A DNA stretch of 64,000 nucleotides from the NCBI RefSeq assembly GCF_963921235.1, contig NC_086108.1:105650001-105714000 (forward strand), given 5' to 3'. The position numbers and the translations under genes are program-made. Below the pieces are notes generated by a model, which had not been told where the DNA came from, did no database searches, and was given only the letters and a program-made list of their open reading frames with translations. This document shows, piece by piece, positions 24,501 to 37,170 of this stretch; within the stretch, counting starts at the first letter, position 1; each line of letters starts with the position of its first letter. The DNA is from Mobula hypostoma. Its lineage: Eukaryota.

Positions 24501-25167
24501 TCATGTCGAATGCCAGAGCATCCAGGGAAATCAAATACATTGCACAGAGAGGACGTAAAGATCCCTTAGAGACAGTGCCAGAATTGAACTCCAAACCCCC
24601 AGAATGCCCCAAGCTGCAGTAGCACCGTGTTAACCACAATGTTACCATGGCACTCGAGTGGGCCAAAAAGAATCCATATCCCAACACAAGACTTCCTGCT
24701 ATAAGAACACCACCACATGCAGAAGTCTCACAGCTTGAAATGGCAACCATTTTGTGGAAAAAAAATCAATGAATTGCAGAGACTTGTTGGCACGGATCAG
24801 CACATTGGAGCAAACAGACTCTCCTCCGTGGACCCCTTGCTGCCTCAGCAAAACAGCCAGCATAATCAAAGCCCCTGCCTACCCCAGACATTCTCTCTTC
24901 TCCCCCTCCCATTGAGTCAGAGATATAAACTTTTGAAGGCAATACTACCAGGCTTAAGGACAGATTCAATCTCACTTTCATAAGATTATTGAACAGTCCC
25001 TAGCATGATCAGGTGGGCTCCTGACTTCACAATGTACCTTGTTATGGCCTTTCACCATATTGTCTACCTGCACTGCACTTTCTCTATGATTACAACACTT
25101 TATTCTTCATTTCTCTTTGTTCTACCTCTATGCATTATTATGATGTATTGATCTGTATGTATGCCAT

Positions 25168-25325
25168 AGAGACATAGAAACATAGAAAATAGGTGCAGGA
25201 GTAGGCCATTCAGCCCTTCGAGCCTGCACCGCCATTCAGTATGATCATGGCTGATCATCCAACTCAGAACCCTGCACCAGCCTTCCCTCCATACCCCCTG
25301 ATCCCCGTAGCCACAAGGGCCATAT
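25168..25325 (-). mobile_element. Young CR1 3' end
   Basis: Reverse complement of about 47740-47890. Confidence 0.9.
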
Positions 25326-25794
25326 GCCATGCAAAACCGTCTTTCACTGTCCCTTATAACATGATAATAATAACTATTTATTTTTCACCAGGCTTAAGGA
25401 CAGATTCTATGGCACTGTTATAAGGTCGGAGTGTCAGAGTCCGAGGTGAGAGATTGGCTAATTTGGCTCACTGCTCCACTAGGTTTGTTCAATTCTATGC
25501 GGACCAAGGTTGTGGCTTGCAATTAACGGACTTCTGGAATTGTCTGCAGTGATGCCTGGCGTTGTGAACTTCAGTTCTGAATGCTGTTTGCTTGCTTTAT
25601 TGTTTGCATGATTTGTCTTTTTCTCTTTGCACACAGGGTGTTTGACGGTCTTCTTTTGTTCTTAGTGGGTTCTATTGGGTTTCTTTGTTTTGTGGCTGCC
25701 TGTAAGGAGACAAATCTCAGTATAAAGTATACATACTTTGATAATAAAATATATTTTGAACTTTGAACTTTGGTTTCACAATCTGTGCTGCGCA

Positions 25795-26185
25795 ACACAC
25801 ACGTAATGCTGGGAGAAGTCAGAGTAAGAAGGCGAGTCGGGAGGAAGAAGTACAAGGTGGTAGGTGATAGGTAAAACCCGAAGAGAAGGAGGTGGTGAAG
25901 TAAACAGCTGGGAAGTTGATTGGTGAATGAGATAAAGGGCTGGAGAAGGGGGAATCTGATAGGACAGGACAGACACCATGGAAGAAAGGGAAGGAGGAGT
26001 ACCAGAGGGAGGCAATGGTCACGTACTCTGACTTCTCCCCTTCCTTCTCAGTCCAGCTGAAGGGTCTCAGCCCAAAACATTGCCTGTTTTACTCTTTTCC
26101 ATAGATGCTGCCAGGCCTGCTGAGCTCCTCCAGCATTTTGTGTGTGCTGCTTTAGATTTCCAGCATCTGGAGATTTTCTCATGTT
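25795..26185. mobile_element. Penelope-like element terminal region, inverted pair
   Basis: Perfect 16-bp inverted repeat GGGAGAAGTCAGAGTA (25811) / TACTCTGACTTCTCCC (26024); decayed hammerhead at 26049-26086. Confidence 0.7.
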
Positions 26186-26399
26186 CTGTGTTGCTGTGGC
26201 CTGCCTAACAGAATCCTGGAATGAATGCAGTGATGACCGGCTTCGTAGATACAAACTCACTTCAATGAACTTTAGTTTTGAATGCTATTTGCATACTTCT
26301 TATTGTTTGCATGATTTGTTCTTTTTTTTTTGCACATTGATAGTCCTTGAAAGTAATACCATGGGCAGAGAGGGTCATAAGGAGAGCTTTTTGCACATA

Positions 26400-26970
26400 A
26401 GATTTCATAAATCGAAATATTGAGTATAGGAGATGAGATGTCATGTTGAAGTTGTATAAGGCCTAATTTGGAGCATCATTGCAGTGTGATGTATTGTTGT
26501 TTGGGGGGACAAGTCAGGGTAGGTCTTACACAGTGAACTGCAGGGCACTGAAGAGTGCAGTAGAACAAAGAAGGCAGGGAATTCAGATCCATAATTCCTT
26601 GAAAATGGCATCACAGGTAAATAGGGGCATAAACAGAGCTCTTGGCACATTGGACTTCATAAATATAGGTAATAAATACAGGACATGGGATGCTATGTTG
26701 AAATTTTATAAGTCAGTAAAGCCAAATTTGAAGTATTGTGTGCAGTTCTGGTCATCTACCTCCAGGAAAGATATCAATAAAATTGAAAGAGCGCAGAGGA
26801 TATTTACAGGAATGTTGCTGACACCTGAGGACCTGAGTCATAGGGGTAGTTAAGATTTTATTCCTGACAGCATTAGAGAATGAGGGGAGATTTGAACGAG
26901 GTATTCAAAATTATGAAGAGTATTTGATAGCAGAGTTTTTCTGCTGAGGTTGGGTGAGACTAGAACATAA
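26400..26970 (+). mobile_element. CR1 LINE ORF2 fragment
   Basis: KPNLKYCVQFWSS..RKDINKIERAQR motif. Confidence 0.8.
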
Positions 26971-27079
26971 AGTCACTCAGTATTACAGTATTGAAACAGG
27001 CCCTTCTGCCCATCTAGCCCATGCCAGTTATTCTGTCTAGTCCCATCAACAGCACTTGGACCTACATACCCTCTTATCA

Positions 27080-30000
27080 AAAAAGGGCTTTGACCAGTGA
27101 CCAATCTGGACGGCGGAAGTGTTGAGAGCAGAGGATTTCAATTAGTCTACTGCCTGAGAAGAAAAGATAGCAGTGGGTCTCTATAGCAAAAAGAGCTCTG
27201 ACCAGCGACCAATCGGCATTGGGGATTGTTTAGCAAGAGCAAATTAAAGGAAAGCAGGGGCAAGCAGAGTGGCCAGCACTGCAGTGGACATCATCCGAGT
27301 AGACAGATCTTGAGGCCTGAGCTCTTCGAGGCTTCAGTGAAGAGAAGCTTCAGCCAAAGAAAGTAAAGGAAAGAAAAGCTCTAAGTTAAGATTTTTTTTC
27401 CTTCCCTTCTTTATATTTTCAGACATGCCAGAAAGAATAGTTAAATACTCTCTTGCAGGATGTAGGAAGGCAGCGAGATGTCCAGTGTTCAGAGGTTGAG
27501 GAGGGGATAGGACATATAGAGAGGTAGTTACACCCAAGGTGCAGGACACAGGAAACTGGGTGACAGTCAGGAAGGGGAAAGTGGTTAAGGAGCCAGTGCA
27601 GAGTAGCTCTGTGGCTGTCTCCCTCAAATTGGATACTGTGAAGGGGTGGGGGATTGACCTGACAGAGGAAAATCACCATGGTTGGGTCTCTGGCACTGAG
27701 TCTGCCTCTGTGACTCAGTAGGGAAGTGGAGAGAAGGATGGTGTAGTAATATGGGCTTTGTTGCTTAGGGGAATGGACAGGAGGTTCTGTGGGTGAGAAC
27801 AGCCTTCCCAGATGGTATGTTGCCTCCCAGGTGGCAGAGTCCGAGATATCTCAGATCGAGTCCTCAGCATTCTTAAGTGGGAGGGTGAACAGCCGGAAAT
27901 CATGGTCCATGTAGGTACCAATGACATGGGTAGGACAAGTGACAAGGTTCTGCATGGGGAGTTCAGGGAGTTTGCTGGAGTTGCAGGGAGGTGAGAACTA
28001 AAGTGTCAGAACAGTTAGTGGAGAGGTTGTGGACACAGAAGTTGGTAAGATCTCAGAGAAAGTTAGGAATCAAAAGGTTGAGTATGGTGCGACAAAATCA
28101 AAAAGGGTGAATACGGTGACTGAAGGTGTTTCATCTGAAAGCGTGCAATATATGGAATAAGGTAGATGAACTTTATAGCACAGTTGCAGATTGGCAGGTA
28201 TGATGTTGTAGGCATCACTGATTCATGGCTGAAGGAAGATTATAGCTGGGAGCTTAATATCCAAGGATACACATTGTATCGAAAGAATGGGCAGGAAGGC
28301 AGAGAGGGCAGAGTTGCTCTGCTGGTAAAAAAAATTAAATCAAATCATTAGAAAGAGGTGACATAGGGTTGGAAGGTGTTGAATCATTGTTGATAGAGCT
28401 AAGGAATTACAAGGGTAAAAAGACCCTGATGGGACTGGTATACAAACCCCCAAAAACAGTGATAAGGCTGTGGCCTACAAATTTCAACGGGAGATAGAAG
28501 ATGGATGCCAAAAGGGGAGTGTTACAATAGTCGTGGAGGACTTCAATATGCAGGTAGATTGGGAAACTTAGGTTAGTGTTGATTTACAGGATGAGGGATT
28601 TCTAGATCGCCTTCAAGATGGCTTTTTAGAACAGCTCGTGGTTCAGCCCAGTAGAGTATCAGTTATTTTGGATTGGGAATTGTGCAATGGACCAGAACTG
28701 ATTGGAAAACTTAATAATATCAAATTCACCCTGAAGTTTGAAAAGGAGAAGCTAAAGTCAGATATATCAGTATTACAGTGGAGTAAAGGGAATTACAGAG
28801 GCATGAGAGAGGAGTTTGCCAGAATTGATTGGAAAAAACAAACACTGGCAGGATGAAGGCAGAGCAGTAATGGTTGGAATTTCTGGAAGCAATTGGAAGG
28901 CACAGGATAGATACATCCCAAAGAGGAAGAAGTATTCTAAAGGAAAGACGACACAACCATGGCTAACAAGAGAGGTCAAAGCCAAAGAGAGGGCATATAA
29001 TAGAACAAAAATTAATGGGAAGTTGGAGGATTGGGAAGCTTTTAAAAACCAACGGAAGGCAACTATAAAGTCTTTAAGAAGGAAAAGTAGGAATATGAAA
29101 TTAAGCTAGCCATTATTATTAAAGCGGATACCAAAAGTTTCTTCAGATACATAAAATGTAACAGAGAGGGGAGAGAGGATATTGCACTGCTGGAAAACAA
29201 TGCTGGAGAGGTAGTAATTGTGGACAATGAAATAGTAGATGAACTGAATAAGTATTTGAGAAACATAGAAAGATAGAAAACCTACAGTACAATACAGATC
29301 CTTTGGCCCATGAAGTTGTGCTGAACATGTCCCTACATTAGAAATTACTAGGCTTACCCACAGCCCTCTATTTTTCTGAGCTCCATGTACTTATTCAAAA
29401 GTCTCTTCACTGTAGAAGACACTAGCAGTATGGTGAAAGTTCCAGGTGTCAGGGGGCATGAAGTATGTGAGGTTACCAATACTGAATGGTCTGAAGGTAG
29501 ATAAGTCACCTGGACCAGAATGTGTACACCCCAGGTTTGAAGAGATCATGGAGGCAGTAGTAATGATCATTCATGAATCGCGAGATTCTGGAATGGTTCC
29601 ATAAGACTGGAAAGTTGCAAATGTCACTTCACTTTTCAAGGAGGGAGAGAGGCAGAAGAAAGGACACTGTAGGCCAGTTAGACTGACCTCAGTGATTGGG
29701 AAGATGCTGGAATCACTTATTAAGGATGAGGTCTCAGGGTACTTGGAGGCTCATGATAAAATAGGCCATAGTCAGAAAATCTTGTCTGACAAATCCGTTG
29801 GAATTCTTTGAAGAAATAACAAGCAGGATAGACGAAGGAAAATCAGTGGATGTTGTGCACTTGGATTTTCAAGAGGCCTTTGACAAGGTGCCACACATGA
29901 GGCTGCTTACCAAGCTACGAGCCCATGGAATTACAGGAAAGATTCTAGCATGGATGAAGCAATGGCTGATTTGCAGGAAGCAAAGAGTAAAGGGGCCTTT

Positions 30001-30490
30001 TCTGATTGGCTACCGGTGACTAATGGTGTTCCACAGGGGTCTGTGTTGGGAGCGACTCTTTTTACGTTACCTGTTGATAATTTGGATGATGGAATTGATG
30101 GTTTCCTTACAAAGTTTGCGGACAATATGAAGATAGGTGGAGGGGCTGGTAGTTCTGAGGAAGTAGAAAGGCTACAGAAACACTTTGACAGTTTAGGAGA
30201 AGAACTGACAGATGGAGTACAGCGTCAGGAAGTTTATGGTCATGCACTTTGGTAAAATAAATGAAAAAGTTTACAATTTAAAAGGAGAGAAATACAAAAT
30301 ATTGAAGCGCAAAGGATTTGGGAGTCCTCATGCAGGATTCCCTGAAGGTTAGTTTACAGGTTGAGTCTGTGGTGAGGAAGGCAAGTTCAATGGTCATAAT
30401 CATTTCCAAAGGACTAGATTATAAAATCAAGGCTGTAATGTTGAGACTTTATAAAGCACTAGTGAGGCCTCACTTGGAGTACACTGAGGA
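27080..30490 (+). mobile_element. Near full-length decayed CR1 LINE (5' UTR, ORF1 esterase, ORF2 APE endonuclease and RT)
   Basis: ORF1 SGNH-type VCCLPGGRVRDIS...VHVGTND; APE YDVVGITDSW; RT LDFQEAFDKV, GVPQGSVLG, FADN. Interrupted by a CR1 tail at about 29260-29405. Confidence 0.9.
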
Positions 30491-32721
30491 CACAGACTCA
30501 GATTAGAGGCTGAGTGAACTAAAGCTTTTCTCTTTAGCACAAAGGGGAATGAGAATTGGCTTGATACAAGATAAGATGCATAGATTGAGAGGCCAGTCAG
30601 ACTTTTTCTCAGGATGGAAATGGCCACACTTAGGTGGCATAATTTTAAGGTGATTGGAGGAAAGTATCAGGGGATTCCGAGGTAGATTTTTTATAGAGGA
30701 TGTTGTGGGTGCATGAATGCACCGCCAGTGGTGGTGGGATGGACATGAGGAGGAGTTTCCCTATCCAGAGAGTAGTGAATTTGTGGAATTCTTTGCCTCA
30801 CACAGCTGTGGAGGCGAAATGCTTATGAATATTTAAGGCAGAGGTTGATAGATTCTTGACTGAACGGGGCATGAAAAGGTGGGGGGGGGTGGTGGCGGGG
30901 AGACAAGAGATTGAGACTGAGAGGGAAACGGATCAGCTATGATTAAATGGCAGAGCAGACACAATGGGCCCCATGGCCTAATTCTGCTCCTATTCTTAAT
31001 GGTCTTATCCACATACTTAATCAAACATCTCTTAAATATTACAGTTGAACCCATATCCATCACTGCCTCTACCGTTCACCCTGGACTTATAACCTCCAGT
31101 TCTTGTCTCACCAACCCTCAGTGGAGAAAACCTGCATTTATCCCATTTGTATCCATTATAATTTTGTATGCCTCGATCAAATTTTATCTCATTCTCCTAA
31201 GCTCCAGTAAATAAAGCCCTAACCTATTCAACCTTTCCCTATAACTCAGTCCGCCAGTCCTTATAATTTTCTCTGCACTCTTTCAATCTTATTGTTACCT
31301 TTCCTGTAGGTAGGTGACCAAAACTGCATACAATGTCATATACAGTTTCAGCATAACATCGAACATATAACTTGGAACTCATAACATAGAACAGCACAGC
31401 CCACAATGTTGTGCCAACATTTTAACCTGCTCTAAAATCAATATCTTACATAACCCTCCATTTTCTGTTATCCACGTGCCTATTTAAAAGTTTCTTAAAT
31501 ACTCCTAATGTATCTGCCTCAACATCACCACTGGCTAGTGCATTGCATACACCCACAACACTCTCTGTAAAAAAATATACCTCTGAATCCTCCTATACTT
31601 TCCTCCAATCACCTTAAAATTGTGCCCCCTCATGGTTGCCATTTTTGCACTGGGAAAAAGTCTCTGACTGTCCACTTAGTCTATGCATCTTATCATCCTG
31701 TACATCTCTGTCAAGTAATTTCTCATCTTCTTTCACTCCAAAGAGGAAAGCTTTAGCTTGCTCAACATTTTCTCATAAGTTTTGCTCACTCGTCCAGGCA
31801 GCGTCCCATAAGTCTTGTCTGCACCCTCTGTGAAACTTCCACATCCTGAATATAATATAAGGAGGCCAAGTCATTGGGTATACCTGAGACAGAGGATGAT
31901 AGATTCAAGGGCATGAAGGCACACGGGAAGAAGGCAGGATATTGGGGTTGAGAAGGAAAACGTATCGGCCATGATGAAATGGCCAAGCAGACTTGATGGG
32001 CCAAATGGCTGAATTTCACCCCTATATTTTATGCTCTTATGGTCTTGTAATGAAGGGACCATAACAGAACACAATATTGCAAGTTTAGTGTCACCACAGA
32101 GCTGCAACCTAATAGTCCAACCTTTGTACTCAATACTTTGATAATTTATGAAAGTGCCTGAAATTTTATGAATGGTTTGAATGGTGGTAAGTGACTGAGA
32201 CCCTTTCTGACTGAAGTTGGGGCTTTATAAGATATTGATCAGACTGTATATGGAGCATTGGGAACCGTTTTGGTCCCCTTTTCTAAGAAAGGATGTGCTG
32301 GCATTGGAAAGGTTCCAGAGCAGGTTCTCAAGAATGAAAAAGTTAACAGATGAGGGTCATATGATGGCTCTGGATTTGTACTTGGAGTTTAGATGAATGA
32401 GAGGGGATCACATTGAAAACCAAGGAATATTGAAAGGCCTGGACAGAGTGGATGTGGAACAGATGTTTCCTTTAGTGGGGTAGTCTAGGACAAGAGGATA
32501 CAGTCTCAGAATTCCAGGACATCCCTTTGGAAGAGAAATGAGGAGGAATTTCTTTAGCCAGAGGATGGTGAATATGCTGCACTCATTGCCACAGACTTGG
32601 CAGTGGACTATTGATTGGCATGATAGCATGAACATCTATTTCTCTAGATTCCAGTTACTTCTCCATCCTCCGGTTTTCTTTTTTTCCATTCCCCATTCTG
32701 GCTCCCCCCTTATCTCTTCTT

Positions 32722-34230
32722 TTAGATTAGATTAGATTAGATTCAACTTTATTGTCATTGTGCTGAGTACAGATACAAAGCCAATGAAATGCAATTAGCA
32801 TCTAACCAGAAATACAAAGAATAGTGTTATTTACAAAATAACTGCAAATAAAAAATAGGTGCTACAGCACACAAATATACAAGTACTGAGACAGTACAAC
32901 ATGGGTGCAATACTGCTTAGCGCTGTGATGTGAGGTTCAGCAGGGAAGAAGCTCTTCCTGTGCCTGCTGGTGCAGGAGTGGAGGCTCCTGTAATGCCTAC
33001 CGGATGGGAGGAGAGTAAAAAGTCCATGGTTATGGTGAGATGCATCTTTGATAATGCTTTTCATCCTGCCCAGGCAGCGTTTATGGTAGATGTTCTCAAT
33101 GGTGGGCAATTGGATGCCAATAATCCGCTGGGCAGTTTTCACCACAGGCTGCAGTGCTTTGCAGTCTGATACGGGACAATTGCTATACCACACTGAGATG
33201 CAGTTGGTGAGTATACTCTCAATGGTACAGCGGTAAAAGTCCGTCAGTATCCTGGGACAGAGGTGAGCTTTCTTGATGCTCCACGGAAAATAAAGGCGCT
33301 GTTGCACCTTTTTGATCAGGATGGAGGAGTTCAGGGACCAGGTGAGATCCTCAGAAATGTGGACACCAAGGAATTTGAAGCTTGATACACGCTCCACTAC
33401 AGCTCCGTTGATGTAGATGGGGACGTGAGTGTGGCTCCTAGCATGCCTGAAGTCCACAATGATCTCCTTGGTCTTCTGGGTGTTAAGGGCCAGGTCGTTG
33501 TTGGCACACCATGCGGCCAGATGCTGGACCTCGTCCCTGTAGGCCGTCTCGTCATCCCCTCTGATCAGGCCAACCACCATGATGTCGTCTGCGAACATGA
33601 TTATGGAGTTAGAACTATGTACAAGAATGCAGTCATAGGTGAAAAGGGAGTACAGAAGAGGGCTCAGCACACAGCCTTGAGGCACGCCGGTGTTCAGGGT
33701 GAGAGTGGAGGAGGAGAGGTTGTCTAACTTAACTGATTGGGGTCTGTTAGTCAGAAAGTCCAAGGTCCAATTGCAGAGGGATGAGCTGATACCAAGCTGG
33801 CGAGGTTTGGCGATCAGCTTGGAGGGGATCACAGTATTGAATGCCAAACTAAAGTCTGACAGTATTCAGCATTCTGGTGTAAGAGTTGGGGCTGTCCAGG
33901 TGGGTCAGGGCAGAGTGAAGTGCTGTGGAGATGGCATCCTCTGTTGAACTGTTGGTGCGATAGGCAAATTGATGGGGGTCCAGGGTGGTGGGCAGACAGG
34001 ATTTCAGATGTGATAGAACCAGTCTCACAAAGCACTTTACAATGATGGGGGTGAGTGCAACTGGGCGGAAGTCATTCAGGCCCGCGGCAGTGGAATGCTT
34101 CGGCACTGGCACGATGGTGGCGATCTTGAAGCTTGTGGGGACAACTGCCTGGGTCAGGGATAGATAAAAAATGTCCGTGAAGACCCCGGCCAACTGCCCT
34201 GCACAGACTCTGAGCACACGGCCAGGTATT
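32722..34230 (-). mobile_element. Relatively young Rex1/Babar LINE, 5'-truncated, inserted in a Penelope terminal repeat
   Basis: ORFs 33849-34217 and 32831-33847 give a near-continuous RT ([39 protein letters not shown]); (TCTAA)n tail. Penelope sequence flanks it at 32625-32721 and 34231-34560. Confidence 0.93.
32831..34217 (-). pseudogene. Rex1-type reverse transcriptase (frameshifted near 33850)
   Basis: Two adjacent ORFs (122 aa and 338 aa) join into one RT domain. Confidence 0.88.
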
Positions 34231-35163
34231 CCTTCTTCTCACTGCCTATCATGTCCCTCAGGTGCCCCTCCTCCTTCCCTTTCTACCATGGTCCACTCTC
34301 TTCTCCTATCAGATTCCACCTTCTTCAGCACTTCGCCTTTTCCACCTATCACCTCCCAGCTTCTTACTTTATCCCCTCTCCCCATCCACCTAACCTCACC
34401 CTCATTTGACTTCACCTACCAACTCATAGCTTGTACTCCTGTCCCCTCCTCACCTTCTTATTCTTTCTTCTTCCCCTTTCCTTTCCAGTTCTTATGAAAG
34501 GTCTCTGCCTGAAACATCAATTCTTTATTCCATTTCACAGATGACCTTCTGAGTTCTCACATGATTTTGAAGGCGTTGAAACAGATGATTGCGGAGGCCA
34601 AATTATCGAGTATATTTAAAGCGGAAGTTGATAGGTTCTTCATTGTAAAGGTAATACAGAGAAGGCAGGAAAATGGGGTTCTGAGGGATAATAAATCAGC
34701 CAAGACAGAATGGCAGAGCAGACTCGATGGACTGTATGGCCTAATTCTGTTCCTTTCTCTTATGTCTTATGAAGGGCTATTTTAAACAAATACCCATGAA
34801 GCAATGCTCCCGCTAACACTGCATTGTAAACACTTCAGTTGTCTGAATAACCTTGGAAGTGTGCGGTCAATATTCACACTCCGCCAGAAGAATGTAAATA
34901 AGCCAGAACATTTAGCACTTGGGGGTCTCACTGCTGCGAAGCGATTCTAATGATACCCAAGGCAACAATTTCAAACCAGAGATCACTGATGAAAAGTAGC
35001 AAGTGCCACACTCCCAGGGAAATGGAATGACAGTCATGTTTTATTTTCTTCTGCCTTGGTGACTAGTTCTCAATCAAAACCTGCACTGGAGCTCAGTTGA
35101 CAAAGGCTCCCTGCTACTGATTCCTTCGTTCTGAATTAACACTCCACACCTGCTGCTTTGAGA

Positions 35164-35996
35164 TTTAGGTTTGTGCCTCTGGCTCACTTATCCAGATTTC
35201 CTGAACAATTTAACCACCACTCCACAGAATACTTTCTTTTAAGTGACATGTCTTTGGGGACATTAGAACTTATCATAAGCATATGTAACTTCAACGGGTA
35301 AACAAAACCATGGGATCGTTAAAAACCATTGTCACCGGAGATATCTGCTTCAGGAAAAAAAAAGAACAAAGCATTGAATATAGAACACAGCAACACAGTA
35401 CAGGCCCCTCGGCCCACAATTTTGTGCCAAACTCTTAACCTATGCTAAGATAAATCTAACCCTTTCCTTCCACATAGCCTCCATTTGTCCATCATCCCTG
35501 TCCCTATCCATGGGTTTCTTGAATGTCCCTAAAGAATTTGCCTCTACTACTATCCCTGACAGTGCGTTCCACACACCCACCACACTCTGTGTAAAGATCT
35601 TGTCTCTGACATTCTGCCTATACTTTTCTCCAATCACCAACAAAATTATGTCCCTTGTATTAGCTAATTCTGCCCTGGAAAAAGTCTCTGGCTTTCCACT
35701 CTATCTATGCCTCTTATCATGTTGTACATTGCTATCAAGTCACCTCTTACTCTCCTTCACTCCAAAGGGAAAAGCCATCGGCCTTTGGGTTTGTGCCTTT
35801 GGCTCATTTCTCCAGATTTCCTAAACAATTTAACCACCGTTCCACAAAATACTTCCTCTTAAGTGACATGTCTTTGGGGAAATTGGAAACTATCAGAAGC
35901 AGATGTAACTTCAATGGGTAAACAAAACCATGTAATCGTTAAAACTTCAGTGTTAAAGAACCATCATCCCTGCAGATACCCTTCTCTGGAAAAAAA
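35164..35996 (+). repeat. ~200-bp direct duplication (35164-35363 and 35784-35996) flanking a CR1 3' fragment (35370-35776, -)
   Basis: Both copies run GGTTTGTGCC..TCCAGATTTCC..AAGTGACATGTCTTTGGGGA..GGGTAAACAAAACCATG..GGAAAAAA. Confidence 0.9.
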
Positions 35997-36025
35997 TGAC
36001 TTTGATTGAGCACAGATAAAATGGG

Positions 36026-36079
36026 AGCTCCACCATGGATGGTCCTCAAGCCCAGCTGTGAAAGAAGGATAGTTGGGCA
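36026..36079 (+). ncRNA. Degenerate twister ribozyme (3' cleavage product)
   Basis: AG-CTCC-ACC..GATGG-TCCTCAAGC-CCAG-CTGTGAAA-GAAG-GATAG-TTGGGC compared with the twister pattern AR-CTCC-GCC..CCGG-TCCCAAGC-CCGG..AAA-GGAG-GAGGG-TTGGG. Confidence 0.6.
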
Positions 36080-36273
36080 TGGGTCTAGCGGCCCCATCCC
36101 GTCAAAACCGCAGAGCTACAGAAATGCCAACAGAAGTTCCAAAGACCTCATCCCTGGAGATGAAGGATCTAAGTAAATGGGCTACAGCTGGGAACAACTT
36201 GAAAGACTGGCCCAGGATAGAGGACTCTGGCAAGCTGTTGCTGGTGACCCATGCCATGTTCGGGGCTTGTAAG
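36026..36273 (+). mobile_element. Bipartite non-autonomous RTE element with twister-ribozyme-like 5' head
   Basis: 3' part from 36177 reads MGYSWEQLERLAQDRGLWQAV, an RTE ORF C-terminus. TSD TAAAATG at 36017 and 36274. Confidence 0.75.
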
Positions 36274-36457
36274 TAAAATGTGGAAAGTATTGAAGGATGC
36301 TGGAAATCTGAAATAGTAGCAGTTAATACTGGAAATATTCAGACCGAGGTATTGCCACAAACATGGGGAAATCTGCAGATGCTGGAAATCCATAGCAAAA
36401 CACACAAAATGCTGGAGGAACTCAGCAGGCCAGGCAGTACTTATGGAAAAGATTAAA

Positions 36458-36495
36458 CAGTTGACGTTTCGGGCCAAGACCCTTCATCAGGACTC
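36458..36495 (-). ncRNA. Minimal type-I hammerhead ribozyme (core intact, stem I weakened)
   Basis: GAGTC-CTGATGA-A-GGG TCTTGG CCC-GAAA-CG-TC-AACTG. Confidence 0.7.
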
Positions 36496-36866
36496 ATGAA
36501 ACCTGTTGTTCAAGAGTAAGCTCATGTAACACGGCCTTGGTAAAACACCCAGCATAATCAAAGACCCCACCAACTCCAACATTTTCTCTTCTCCCCTCTC
36601 CCAACAGGCAGAAGACTTAAATACCTGAAGGGGAAGATGGGTCAGTTCCCCTCTTCCTTTCATGGTCCACTCTCCTCTTCTTTCAGATTATTTCTTCTTC
36701 AGCCCTTTACCTCTCCCACCTATCACCTTCCAGTTTCTCAATTCATCCTCCTCCCTCACCCAACCATCTCCCCCCTCACTTGGTTTCACCTATCACCGGC
36801 CAGCTTGTACTCTCCCTCTCCCCCGACCTCCTTATCCCGGCTGATGCAGGATTCAGCTCAAAACGT

Positions 36867-37170
36867 ATTCTCAAGTTTATGGATGACACAACTGTGGTTG
36901 GTCTCATCAACGACGATGACAAGACAGAGTACAGAAAGGAAGCAGTGCGGCTGGTGGAATGGTGTGAGAGCCACAGCCTAAGTCTGAAGTGGAGAAGACC
37001 GAGGAAATTATTTTGGACTTTAGAAAGGTGCAGATGAACCATCTCCCTCTGAGCTGACATGGTTCCCCTGTAGTGAGAGTTAAGTGCACCAGGTTCCTGG
37101 GAGTTAACATCACGGATGACCTCACCTGGTCCCTCAATATCACCTCCCTGAACATGAAGGCACAGCAGTG
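36867..37170 (+). mobile_element. Rex1 RT fragment
   Basis: ILKFMDDTTVVGLINDDDKTEYRKE..LVEWC. Confidence 0.8.
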
